From Minisyncoccota bacterium (GTDB taxonomy: Bacteria > Patescibacteriota > Minisyncoccia > Phycocordibacterales > JAACPR01): a stretch of 30,672 nt of DNA. The notes beneath the pieces were generated by a model. It was given only the letters and a program-made list of their open reading frames with translations, ran no database searches and was not told where the DNA came from. Numbering within the stretch: the first letter of the stretch is position 1; the number at the start of each line of letters is the position of its first letter. Where the stretch lies: positions 1 through 30,672 of the forward strand of contig DATDYW010000056.1 in assembly GCA_036516995.1 (NCBI GenBank), in the 5' to 3' direction. Made by a program: the position numbers and the translations under genes. Positions 14,893 to 23,880 of this stretch are shown piece by piece.

Positions 14893-15181
14893 CTTCGCCG
14901 AGAAAGTTTGCAGCGTTGTTCGCGGAATTCCCGCGGGCTCGACGCTCACCTACGGCGAAGTCGCCTGCCGTGCCGGGAACTCTCGCGCTGCCAGAGCCGT
15001 CGGCGCGACGATGCGTGCGAACTTCGACCCCGGGGTTCCCTGTCACCGCGTAATTCGCGCCGACGGCTCGCCTGGCGGCTACAACCGGGGCGGCCCCCGC
15101 GCCAAATCCCGCCTCCTCGCCAGCGAAAGCGGAAAGGTCAACTTGCGGCGCAATCGTCGGCGTGCTTCGATGGCCGGGTGA
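14879..15181 (+). CDS. Single-domain O6-methylguanine-DNA methyltransferase (Ogt C-domain / MGMT family)
   Basis: IPAGSTLTYGEVA...AARAVG...VPCHRVI; the active-site Cys is retained, the N-terminal domain is absent. Confidence 0.9.
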   Translation: MRGTSFAEKVCSVVRGIPAGSTLTYGEVACRAGNSRAARAVGATMRANFDPGVPCHRVIRADGSPGGYNRGGPRAKSRLLASESGKVNLRRNRRRASMAG

Positions 15182-15258
15182 TACGGGGGAGCCTCTCGCT
15201 AGCGTAGCCTTGGCTGCCCCGCGAAGTTTCCGCCTCCAGGCTCCTATAGAATAGAGGG

Positions 15259-16440
15259 ATGACCGTCTCCAGGGATCCGGCGAAGATAGAGGAGCTGCTC
15301 TCCCGCGGGGTAGCGGAGATTGTTGACCGCACCTCGCTCGGGAGCAGGCTCCGGGCGGGCAAGCCCCTGCGGATCAAACTCGGCATCGACCCCACCAGCC
15401 CGCACCTGCACCTCGGCCGGTCCATTGCCCTCTGGAAGCTCCGCGACTTCCAGGAGCTCGGCCACCAGGTCGTCCTCATCCTCGGCGACTTCACCGGAAC
15501 AATCGGCGACGCCTCCGACAAGGACGCCGAGCGCCCGGTGCTCGACCAGGCAACCGTCGACGCGAACCTCGAAACTTACGCCGCCCAGGCGGGAAAAATT
15601 CTCGATATGTCTAGGGTCGAGGTGCGCCGCAACTCCGAGTGGCTGGACAAAGTTTCCTACCGCGAGCTCTGCCGCCAGGCGGACGTTTTCTCGGTGAACG
15701 ACTTCGTGTCGCGCGAAATGGTCGCCAAGCGCCTGAAGGAGGGCAAGCGGGTGTCGCTGCGCGAGGTGCTCTACCCGCTGATGCAGGGCTACGACTCGGT
15801 GGCGGTGCGAGCCGACGTCGAGCTGGGTGGCACAGACCAGCGATTCAACATGCTCGCCGGCCGCGACCTCCAGCGGCTCTACGGGCAGGCGCCGCAGGAC
15901 ATCGTCATAAACGCGCTCGTGCCGGGAACCGACGGCCGGAAGATGAGCTCGTCGTGGGGCAACACCGTCAACCTCGACGAGAAGCCGCGCGAAATGTTCC
16001 AGAAGGTGATGCGGCTCGCCGACGGGCTCGTTTCGACGTACTTTTCCGTGGCCACGCGGGTCCCGCTCGCCGAGGTAGCTGCCGTCTTGGCGCGGCTCGA
16101 GGCCGGCGAGAACCCGCGCGACGTGAAAATGGATTTGGCCGCAGAGATTGTGCGCGTCTGCCACGGCGCGGAGGCCGCCTCGGAGGCCCGCCGCTACTTC
16201 GTGGAACTTTTTTCGGAGGGCGTGGTGCCGGAGGGTGCGCCGGAGGCGAAAGTTGCCGGCCTCTCGCTCGTCGAGGCGCTCGTCGCCGCAGGAATCGCCG
16301 ACTCGAAGTCCGATGCGCGCCGCGTCATCGAGCAGAAGGGTGTGAAAGTGGGCGGCGAGGTCTGCGAGGACCCGGCTCGGGTTCTCCGAGCGGGAGAAAC
16401 GGTCGAGCGCGGCCGCGGCCGGGCGGTTCGGGCCATCTAG
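15259..16440 (+). CDS. tyrS: Tyrosine--tRNA ligase
   Basis: KLGIDPTSPHLHLGR (HIGH-like), LYPLMQGYD, GGTDQRFN, KMSSS, C-terminal S4-like domain. Confidence 0.96.
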   Translation: MTVSRDPAKIEELLSRGVAEIVDRTSLGSRLRAGKPLRIKLGIDPTSPHLHLGRSIALWKLRDFQELGHQVVLILGDFTGTIGDASDKDAERPVLDQATVDANLETYAAQAGKILDMSRVEVRRNSEWLDKVSYRELCRQADVFSVNDFVSREMVAKRLKEGKRVSLREVLYPLMQGYDSVAVRADVELGGTDQRFNMLAGRDLQRLYGQAPQDIVINALVPGTDGRKMSSSWGNTVNLDEKPREMFQKVMRLADGLVSTYFSVATRVPLAEVAAVLARLEAGENPRDVKMDLAAEIVRVCHGAEAASEARRYFVELFSEGVVPEGAPEAKVAGLSLVEALVAAGIADSKSDARRVIEQKGVKVGGEVCEDPARVLRAGETVERGRGRAVRAI

Positions 16441-16645
16441 GGGTGAAGATTTTTTCGGGTGCCGCGCGGGCAGCGCCCGCGCGGCGCTTCCGCTGCGGCT
16501 CCGTTGGCGACCCCGCCTTGCCGTCCGCGCCTCGGCCGTGTCGCAGCGGTGGCGGCGGGCAGTTTTCCCCTGCGCGCAGGTTCGCGGCGAGGTAAAATTT
16601 CCTCTACGCCCGCCCCGCGAGCCTAACCAGAGGAGCTACAGAGAG

Positions 16646-19234
16646 ATGCCCATCACCATCACCAAGCGGGACGGCACGCGGGTGCCGTTCGATGCCGACA
16701 AAATAAATCGTTCGATTGAACGCGCCTGCGAAGGACTTCCAAATCAGATCTCGATGGTCACTCAAGTTGCAACCGAAACAGAACTTTCTCTCTACGATGG
16801 CGTGACGACGAAAGAAATTGACCTCGCGACGGTCAACGCCGCGCTCCAGAACGTCCAGCAGGACCCGGACTACGACATCGTCGGCAAGCGCCTGCTCCTG
16901 AAGGTCACCTACGCGCAGGTGCTTGGCAACTACGACGACGGCGACCGTGATGCCGTGGCAAATTTGCACAAGGTTCGCTTCGCGCCGCACGTGGAGAGGC
17001 TCGTCTCCGAGGGGAGGCTCGATCGTCGGATGGCCGAGAAGTTCGACCTCGGTGTTTTAGCTGGCGCACTCGACCACTCGCGCGACGAAAAATTAAATTA
17101 CGCGGGACTTTCAGGACTTCTGAATCGCTACGCGATGAAGGACCAGCGGCAGGAGGGAATCGAGACGCCGCAGTTCTTCTTCATGCGCGTCGCGATGGGT
17201 CTCTCGTACAACGAGGCCGACCCGACCGCGCAGGCAATCAAGTTCTACGACCTGATGTCCTCCCTCCGCTACGTCGCCGGCGGCTCGACGAACGTCGGCG
17301 CCGGCACCAACCGGCCGTCGCTCTCGAACTGCTTCCTGCTCCAGATCGAGGACGACATGGGCCACATCGCGAAGTCGGTCGCCGACGTGCTGCTGATTTC
17401 GAAGGCGACCGGCGGCATCGGCGCCTCCATCACCAAGCTCCGCGCCTCCGGCTCGCCGCTCAAGTCCACCTCCGGCGTCTCCTCCGGCCCCGCGCCGTTC
17501 GCCAAAATCCTCGACACCTCGGTGCGCGCCGTGCAGCGGGCCGGCAAGAAGGTCGGCGCCCTGTGCCTCTACATGGAGAACTGGCACCTCGACTTCCCGG
17601 ACTTCATCGACTGGCGCCACAACGCCGGCGACGACTACCAGCGGATGCGCACGGCCAACACCGCCGCCTACATTTCCGACGAATTCATCAAGCGGGTAAA
17701 GGCTGGAATCGAGTGGTACCTCTTCGACCCGGCGGAGACCCCCGATTTGGTTGAGCTCTACGGGGAAGCCTTCTCTCGCCGCTACCAGGAGTACTGCGCG
17801 AAGGCCGACCGCGGCGGGCTGCGAGCCTACAAGAAGGTGCCCGCCCGGGAGCTCTGGCGGCAGATGCTGGTCTCATTGATGGGCACCGGCCACCCGTGGG
17901 TGACGTTCAAAGATCCAATGAACCTCCGCGCGCTCAACGACAACACCGGCACGATTCATATGTCGAACCTGTGCACGGAGATTGCCCTGCCGCAGGACCG
18001 CGACTCGATCGCGGTGTGCAACCTCGCCTCGCTGAACCTCGCCGCGCACCTCGATGTTGAGAAGCGGGAGGTGCAGTGGCAGAAGCTGGAGGAGACGGTG
18101 CGCGCCGCGGTTCGCCACCTCGACAACCTCGTGGACATCAACGAGCTGCCGATCAAGGAGGCGCAGAAGTCAGACCGCGAGAACCGCGCGGTCGGCCTCG
18201 GGGTGATGGGCTTCTCCGATTCAATCGAGAAGATGGGCTGGGCGTACGACGACGCGCGCAGCTACGACTTCGCCGACCAGGTTTTCGAGTTCGTTTCCTA
18301 CGTGGCAATCGACGAGAGCGCGAACCTCGCCGCCGAGCGCGGCAGCTACCCGAACTACCCAGGCTCTGGCTGGTCGCGCGGCCTGGTGCCGATCGACACG
18401 CTCGAGCGGCTCGAGCGCGAGCGCGGCGTGCCGCTCACGGTCGACAAAACTTCGAAGCACAAAGGTCTCGACTGGGACGCGCTGCGGGCGAAGGTGAAGA
18501 GCGGAATGCGGAACGCCACGCTCCTCGCCGTGGCGCCGAACGCCAACATCGGGCTGGTAGCCGCCACGACGCTCGGCATCGACCCGCGCTTCGCGCAGGT
18601 GTTCTCGCGCAACAAAATTTCCGGCAAGTACCTCGACATCAACGCGAACCTCGTGAACGATCTGAAGAGGGCGGGCATCTGGGAGAAGGTGCGCGAGCAG
18701 ATTATCGAATCGCAGGGCGACATTAGCGGCATCGAGGCAATCCCGGCCGAGATTCGCGCCGTCTACAAGACCTCGTTCACCACCTCGCCGTACGCCTTCA
18801 TCGAGGTCGCGGCCCGCGCCCAGAAGTGGATTGACCAGGCGCTCTCGCGGAACATGTACCTCGAGAGCCGCGACATCGACGAGACCATGGCCGTCTACGA
18901 GGCGGCCTGGGAGAAGGGCGTGAAGACCACCTACTACCTGCACATGAAGCCGCGCCACACCGCCGAGCAGAGCACGGTGAAGGTCAACAAGGCGGCGGCG
19001 CTCGGCAAGGTCGGCTTCGGGGCGCTCAAGGCGCGGCTGGCGGAGGCAGCCAGAGCGGAAGAGCCCGCGCCGCAGCCTGTCGAGAGTCCAATTTCGCCCG
19101 ACTCCATCGTCCGCGCGTCGGGGCAGCGGGAGCCCGTGCCGGTGATGGCGGCTAAACCCGCCGCGCCGAGCTCGAAGCCGAAGGTCTGCCCCTCCGACCC
19201 GATGGAGAAGCTGGTGTGCGACAGCTGCCAGTAG
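16646..19234 (+). CDS. nrdA: Class I ribonucleotide reductase alpha subunit with an N-terminal ATP cone
   Basis: ITKRDG..VPFD..KI ATP cone; SNCF; SNLCTEI catalytic motif; TTYYLH tyrosine pair; C-terminal CDSCQ redox pair. ATG 16646 is preferred over the track start. Confidence 0.96.
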   Translation: MPITITKRDGTRVPFDADKINRSIERACEGLPNQISMVTQVATETELSLYDGVTTKEIDLATVNAALQNVQQDPDYDIVGKRLLLKVTYAQVLGNYDDGDRDAVANLHKVRFAPHVERLVSEGRLDRRMAEKFDLGVLAGALDHSRDEKLNYAGLSGLLNRYAMKDQRQEGIETPQFFFMRVAMGLSYNEADPTAQAIKFYDLMSSLRYVAGGSTNVGAGTNRPSLSNCFLLQIEDDMGHIAKSVADVLLISKATGGIGASITKLRASGSPLKSTSGVSSGPAPFAKILDTSVRAVQRAGKKVGALCLYMENWHLDFPDFIDWRHNAGDDYQRMRTANTAAYISDEFIKRVKAGIEWYLFDPAETPDLVELYGEAFSRRYQEYCAKADRGGLRAYKKVPARELWRQMLVSLMGTGHPWVTFKDPMNLRALNDNTGTIHMSNLCTEIALPQDRDSIAVCNLASLNLAAHLDVEKREVQWQKLEETVRAAVRHLDNLVDINELPIKEAQKSDRENRAVGLGVMGFSDSIEKMGWAYDDARSYDFADQVFEFVSYVAIDESANLAAERGSYPNYPGSGWSRGLVPIDTLERLERERGVPLTVDKTSKHKGLDWDALRAKVKSGMRNATLLAVAPNANIGLVAATTLGIDPRFAQVFSRNKISGKYLDINANLVNDLKRAGIWEKVREQIIESQGDISGIEAIPAEIRAVYKTSFTTSPYAFIEVAARAQKWIDQALSRNMYLESRDIDETMAVYEAAWEKGVKTTYYLHMKPRHTAEQSTVKVNKAAALGKVGFGALKARLAEAARAEEPAPQPVESPISPDSIVRASGQREPVPVMAAKPAAPSSKPKVCPSDPMEKLVCDSCQ

Positions 19235-19235
19235 C

Positions 19236-19388
19236 ATGGCGAAGCTTTTCCGATCCGATTTCGCTACCCCCGCCGCGATTATTGTCGCGAGCCTGCTCGT
19301 TGCTGGCGCCATGGTTTCCACGTCGCGCACCGTCACCGCCGCGCCGGCCGCGCTGCAGCCAGCGCGCGCCGCCGGCTGCGGCGCCTAG
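19236..19388 (+). CDS. Small membrane protein (50 aa) resembling the DsbA N-terminal anchor
   Basis: MAKLFRSDFATPAAIIVASLLVAGAMVSTSRTVTAAPAALQPARAAGCGA*; starts 1 nt after the nrdA stop; below the ORF-track cutoff. Confidence 0.55.
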   Translation: MAKLFRSDFATPAAIIVASLLVAGAMVSTSRTVTAAPAALQPARAAGCGA

Positions 19389-19474
19389 ATAAACAGGCTG
19401 CGGACTTTCAGGCCGAACGCCCGGCGTTCGGCTTCCTTTTGACACAGGTACCAGAAAGTAGGATAAAGAGACAA

Positions 19475-19885
19475 ATGAGTCATTTGAAGAAACTTCGCGC
19501 CACGACGCTCGCCGAGCGGCAGCTCAGGCTCGATGCCGTTGCCGTCAGGGTAGGGAAGCTGAAGGGGTCGGCGTCGCTCGACCAGTACCCGCTGCTCGAC
19601 CTCGCGCTCCAGGTAGCCGCCGTGGCGATTGCCGTGGCGGGCACGCCGGGGCTCCACCGCCGAAAAATTTACGGCGGCGACGCGATCAGGCGCGCGTTCG
19701 CGGCGTCTCACCGCGCGCCGCTCTCGCTCCTGGCGCACGCGTACCTAGCGGCTGTCGATTTCAGCCTCTTCCCGCTGGAGAACGCCATGGAGCGCGTGGT
19801 CGTCTCCGCGTTCCTCGACGAGATGGACGTTCGGGCGTTCGGCCTCTCCCTGGCAGGCCAGCCAACGTTCGCCGTCGTCGTCTGA
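19475..19885 (+). CDS. Hypothetical helical protein (136 aa)
   Basis: ATG 19475 within track ORF 19439..19885 (the TTG start coincides with a TTGACA box); genome-typical codon use. Confidence 0.6.
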   Translation: MSHLKKLRATTLAERQLRLDAVAVRVGKLKGSASLDQYPLLDLALQVAAVAIAVAGTPGLHRRKIYGGDAIRRAFAASHRAPLSLLAHAYLAAVDFSLFPLENAMERVVVSAFLDEMDVRAFGLSLAGQPTFAVVV

Positions 19886-19952
19886 ACCCGCCGCCCGGCG
19901 GGTTTTCCGTTCCAGAAAGGAAAAGGCGCCGCGGAGCGGCGCCGGAAGCGGC

Positions 19953-20336
19953 TCACTTCCTCTGGGGCGTGTTGAAGCAGAGATTGCCGTGCTCGCCGAG
20001 CAGCCGGAGCTCGGCGCCGCTGCGGAAGATCTCTGCCTCCCGATCCTCCGGCTTCTCGCCGTTCTTCCCGTGGAGCGACCACGCCTGGCCGACGCTCGCC
20101 TCGACCAGGAAGAGGGCGCTGCCGACGCGCGCGCCAACAATCTCGGCGGGCAGGGCTTCCACGAGCTCGCGCAGGAGGGCCTCGTCGTCGGTCACGACCG
20201 GGCCGAGGTGGAGGCTCGGCCGCCCGGTCACCGGCATAACCAGGCAGAGAGCCTCGCCGTTGCCGCCGTCGAGGAAGTAGCCTCGGCGGAGCTCGACGCG
20301 CTCCAGCGACTTGCCCATCTTGTCCTTAAGTTTCAT
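19953..20336 (-). CDS. Hypothetical protein (127 aa)
   Basis: ATG-started ORF, convergent with the 19475 gene; plausible globular composition; no family recognised. Confidence 0.55.
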   Translation of the reverse strand: MKLKDKMGKSLERVELRRGYFLDGGNGEALCLVMPVTGRPSLHLGPVVTDDEALLRELVEALPAEIVGARVGSALFLVEASVGQAWSLHGKNGEKPEDREAEIFRSGAELRLLGEHGNLCFNTPQRK

Positions 20337-20536
20337 TCGACGAGAAGCCTGCCGCCGCCGCGGCCAGCTGTCAAACGCCCCGCCGCCGGCCGCGCGAGGT
20401 TCGGCCTCGTGTTTACCGACGCTTTACCTCTGGTTCATCGAGTGGCGTCGTGCTGTGGATTGCGTCGACCGGGGACGGGGCGGGGGTACAATCGGCAGAC
20501 CCGGCCGATTCATTTACCAGCCAACACCCAGCCTCG

Positions 20537-21544
20537 ATGCTCGTCGGCAAGCCATCCGCGCACGACTTCAACCTCTACCCCTCGCAGTACCCGTGGGCGC
20601 GCGACCTCTACAACCAGGCGGTGCGCAACACCTGGTTCCCGCACGAGATTGCGCTGAAGGAGGACCTGATGGACTTCGAGGCGATGACGGACGACGAGAA
20701 GCACGCCGTGAAGTTCATTATGGCGTTCTTCAACCCGGCCGAGCTCATCGTGAACCGCTCGATCGCGCTCGGCGTCTACCCGTACCTCAAGAGCGCCGAG
20801 TGCCACCTCTTCCTGGCGCGCTGGATGTTCGAGGAGGCGAACCACTGCGTCTCGTTCGAGTACGTCCTCGAGACGTTCCCGTTCGACCGCGACGACGTCT
20901 ACGGCGTGCACCTCGCGACGCCCACGATGCAGGCGAAGGAGAACTTCGTGAAGCGGTACATGATGCGGATGACCGAGGAGCACCTCGACGTCACGACGCC
21001 GGAGGGCAAGCAGGACTTCGTTCGCAACCTCGTGGCGACGAACATCGTGATGGAGGGTGTCTGGTTCTACTCGGGCTTCATGGTCATCCTCTCGTTCCGC
21101 CAGCGCAACAAGCTGCGCAACTTCGGCTCGATGGTGAGCTGGGTTCTGCGCGACGAGTCGCTGCACCTGAAGTTCGGCATCAACCTCATCATGGGCATCC
21201 TCGAGGAGAACCCGGAGCTCCTCACCGAGGAGTTCGCCAAGGAAATCCGCGACCTCGTGGTGGAGGGCGTGGAGATCGAGAAGGCCTACAACCGCGACCT
21301 CTTCCCGAACGGCATCCTCGGGCTGAACGCCGACTACGTGAACCAGTACGTGGAGTACGTCGCCGACCGTCGGCTGGAGGAGCTGGGCTTCGACCCGTAC
21401 TTCAAGGTCCAGAACCCCGCCAAGTGGATGGCGACCGGCACGGACGTTCTCGAGCTGGTGAACTTCTTCGAGAGCCAGAACACGGCGTACGAGGTCAACG
21501 CCAACGCCTCGGGCAAGACGGAAAAGAAAGCGAATTTAGAATGA
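20537..21544 (+). CDS. nrdB: Class I ribonucleotide reductase beta subunit, R2c (class Ic)-like
   Basis: TWFPHEI, FFNPAELIV, EEANHCVSF, MEGVWFYSGF, RDESLH, C-terminal QNTAY. Confidence 0.93.
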   Translation: MLVGKPSAHDFNLYPSQYPWARDLYNQAVRNTWFPHEIALKEDLMDFEAMTDDEKHAVKFIMAFFNPAELIVNRSIALGVYPYLKSAECHLFLARWMFEEANHCVSFEYVLETFPFDRDDVYGVHLATPTMQAKENFVKRYMMRMTEEHLDVTTPEGKQDFVRNLVATNIVMEGVWFYSGFMVILSFRQRNKLRNFGSMVSWVLRDESLHLKFGINLIMGILEENPELLTEEFAKEIRDLVVEGVEIEKAYNRDLFPNGILGLNADYVNQYVEYVADRRLEELGFDPYFKVQNPAKWMATGTDVLELVNFFESQNTAYEVNANASGKTEKKANLE

Positions 21545-21613
21545 AGAATGCAGAATTTAGAGGGCAGCGAACCTGTTCGTAATTCTTAATTCTACATTCT
21601 GCATTCTGCATTC
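21531..21613. repeat. Two inverted arrays of degenerate 7-nt repeats overlapping the nrdB stop
   Basis: AGAATGA AGAATGC AGAATTT AGAGGGC ... TTCTTAA TTCTACA TTCTGCA TTCTGCA TTC. Confidence 0.7.
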
Positions 21614-21694
21614 GCCCCCTCCGTTCTCGTTTGCTACAATGCCCGAGCTTCTTCGGGAGCCGCCAGAATTCATTCGCTAACCACCCCCGCCAAA

Positions 21695-22393
21695 ATGTCC
21701 ACCGAGACCAAGAGCTCCGTCGCGATTCCGGCCGCCATCGTCGTCGCCGGCCTCATCATTGCCGCCGCCGTTTTCTTCACCCGCGGCGCGGCGCCCGCTG
21801 GCACCACCGCCGCCAAGCCCGCGGCCGCGGGCGACCCCAAGGCGGTCGCCGCCGTCACCGCCGCCGACCACATCCGCGGCAGCCTCGATGCGCCGGTGAA
21901 GGTTGTCGAGTACTCCGACATCGACTGCCCGTTCTGCCAGCGCGTCCACCCGACGCTCAAGCAGCTTCAGGCGGAGTACGGCGACAAGGTCGCCTGGGTG
22001 TACCGCCACAATCCAATCACCGGTCTTCACCCAAACGCCGAGACAAAAGCTATTGCAACGGAGTGCGTTGCTAAACTTGCGGGCAATGATGCCTTCTGGA
22101 AATTTCTAGATGCAGTTACCGAAGATACAGCTCCAGGTCGCAACGACCTCACCCGTCTCCCGGCCTTGGCTGCAGAGGCAGGCGTGACCGACGCCGCGGC
22201 GTTCAAGGAGTGCCTGGATAGCAAAGAGGGACTTTCAAAGATTAAGGCCGACATGGCGAACGCAGCCGCGACCGGCGGCCGCGGCACGCCGTGGACCATC
22301 GTGGTTAGCAAGGACGGGAAGGAGGCGGTGGCGGTATCCGGAGCGCAGCCCATCGATGCCTTCAAGGCGGCGGTAGATTCGATTCTCAAATAA
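21695..22393 (+). CDS. DsbA-family thioredoxin-fold protein (membrane anchored)
   Basis: N-terminal TM helix, GSLDAPVKVVEYSDIDCPFC, GTPW cis-Pro loop, GAQP. Confidence 0.92.
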   Translation: MSTETKSSVAIPAAIVVAGLIIAAAVFFTRGAAPAGTTAAKPAAAGDPKAVAAVTAADHIRGSLDAPVKVVEYSDIDCPFCQRVHPTLKQLQAEYGDKVAWVYRHNPITGLHPNAETKAIATECVAKLAGNDAFWKFLDAVTEDTAPGRNDLTRLPALAAEAGVTDAAAFKECLDSKEGLSKIKADMANAAATGGRGTPWTIVVSKDGKEAVAVSGAQPIDAFKAAVDSILK

Positions 22394-22507
22394 CGGGAGG
22401 CTCCATTCGCCGCGCAAACCGCTCCTCCGCCCCTCGCCGTACAGGAGTACGTCGTCGGGGACGGTCGGGGCGGTTTTCGCTGGCGACTGTCGCCTCCGTG
22501 GTGACTC
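22394..22507 (+). repeat. Structured palindromic repeat SR-B
   Basis: Begins immediately after the DsbA stop with CGGGAGGCTCCATTCG and ends GTGGTGACTC. Confidence 0.88.
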
Positions 22508-22617
22508 TCGGCCAAAAGATCGAATCTTTAAGATCCGATCTTTTGTGTGGCACCTTTTTACTTCTTCCTTCGTCTGGTGCTACGATACCCGAGCCAAATT
22601 AACCCTTACGTCGCAGT

Positions 22618-23445
22618 ATGCTTTCCTACCAATCCTTCAGCCAGGACTACCCGCGCCGCGCCGCCTACTGCGTCACGCTCTCCGTGGCCGCTGTGGCGAC
22701 CGTTCTCGTCGCGTTCCTTGCGGTCAAGACCGTCGGCGCCTGGATTGAGGCCGCCAACCTCGACAGCCAGACCTTCGGCCCTTCGGTTAGCGTCCGCGGC
22801 ACCGGCAAGGCCGTCGCCATTCCAGACGTGGCCACCTTCTCCTTCGGCGTCCAGACGACCGCGGAGTCGGTCGAGGCTGCGCAGGCGGACGCCGCCGCGC
22901 GCCTCAACGCCGCCACCGACTACCTGAAATCGGAGGGCGTGAACGAGGACGACATCCAGACCCTGGGCTACGACGTCTACCCGCACTACGAGTGGATTGA
23001 GGAGCCGTGCCGCTACGGCGCCTCCTGCCCGGGCGGCCGCTCGCTGCCGGTCGGCTTCGACGTCAACCAGACGGTGGCGGTGAAGGTTCGCGACATCAAG
23101 AGGGCGGGCGAGCTGCTCTCCGGCATCGGCAAAAAGGAGGTCACGAACATCAGCGGCCTCTCGTTCACCGTCGACGATCTCGAGAAGGTCAAGGACGAGG
23201 CGCGCCGGCTCGCCATCGGGGACGCCAAGGCGCGCGCCGGGGTGATGAGCAGGGCGCTCGGCGTGGAGCTCGACCGGATTCAGGGCCTCTACGACGTAGA
23301 TACGGGCGGCGGTCCGTACCCAATGTACAAGGACGGCTACGGCGGGATGGAGCTGCAGGCGCTCTCGGTGCCGACGCCACAAATCACGCCCGGCCAGCAG
23401 GAGGTGACCGTTACCGTCGAAATCCAGTACGCGATAGACAACTAG
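22618..23445 (+). CDS. SIMPL domain (DUF541) protein
   Basis: SVSVRGTGKAVAIPDVATFSFGV, IQTLGYDVYP, ISGLSFTVDD, ARRLAIGDAKARA, PGQQEVTVTV. Confidence 0.93.
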   Translation: MLSYQSFSQDYPRRAAYCVTLSVAAVATVLVAFLAVKTVGAWIEAANLDSQTFGPSVSVRGTGKAVAIPDVATFSFGVQTTAESVEAAQADAAARLNAATDYLKSEGVNEDDIQTLGYDVYPHYEWIEEPCRYGASCPGGRSLPVGFDVNQTVAVKVRDIKRAGELLSGIGKKEVTNISGLSFTVDDLEKVKDEARRLAIGDAKARAGVMSRALGVELDRIQGLYDVDTGGGPYPMYKDGYGGMELQALSVPTPQITPGQQEVTVTVEIQYAIDN

Positions 23446-23641
23446 CTGGGAATTGCGACGGGGGAATGGAGATGTGCGAAGTCCGGGCATAGGTCCGGAC
23501 TTTTGCGTCTTTCCTCTGTCTTACTCGCCCTTCTCCATTCGCCCTTTCCCCTTCGTTTGACGCGACGCTTTGGTCGCGCTACACTGTTCCCGTCGGCCCG
23601 CGAGGGCTTTTTTTACTGGGCAGTCGCTAAGCACGAAGGCT

Positions 23642-23833
23642 ATGGGAATCGTCAGCTTCGTCCGAGAGTCAGCCGCCGAGATGCGGCACGTCAGCTGGCC
23701 AACGCGCCGGCAGGTGGTCGCCTACACCGTGCTCGTCATCGTCGTCTCCGCCCTAATTGCGAGCTACCTCGGCGCACTCGACGCAGCCTTCACCTGGGCT
23801 TTGGAGAAGGCGCTCTTCGGCGGCTCCGCCTAG
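23642..23833 (+). CDS. secE: Preprotein translocase subunit SecE
   Basis: FVRESAAEMRHVSWPTRRQV followed by one TM helix ending LGALD; directly upstream of nusG. Confidence 0.93.
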   Translation: MGIVSFVRESAAEMRHVSWPTRRQVVAYTVLVIVVSALIASYLGALDAAFTWALEKALFGGSA

Positions 23834-23836
23834 TTT

Positions 23837-23878
23837 CAACACCTATTACCTCTGCCTTCTTACCTATAACCTCCTCCA
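23837..23878. repeat. Degenerate 7-nt tandem repeat between secE and nusG
   Basis: CAACACC TATTACC TCTGCCT TCTTACC TATAACC TCCTCCA. Confidence 0.55.
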
Positions 23879-23880
23879 AA

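Noticed and set aside
16646-21544. Intein or intron in nrdA/nrdB
   Set aside because: Both ORFs are continuous, of normal length, and lack intein terminal motifs or homing-endonuclease segments.
21695-22393. DsbA-family protein as the RNR reductant
   Set aside because: It has an N-terminal membrane anchor and DsbA-type features suggesting an extracytoplasmic location; adjacency to nrdB alone is not evidence.
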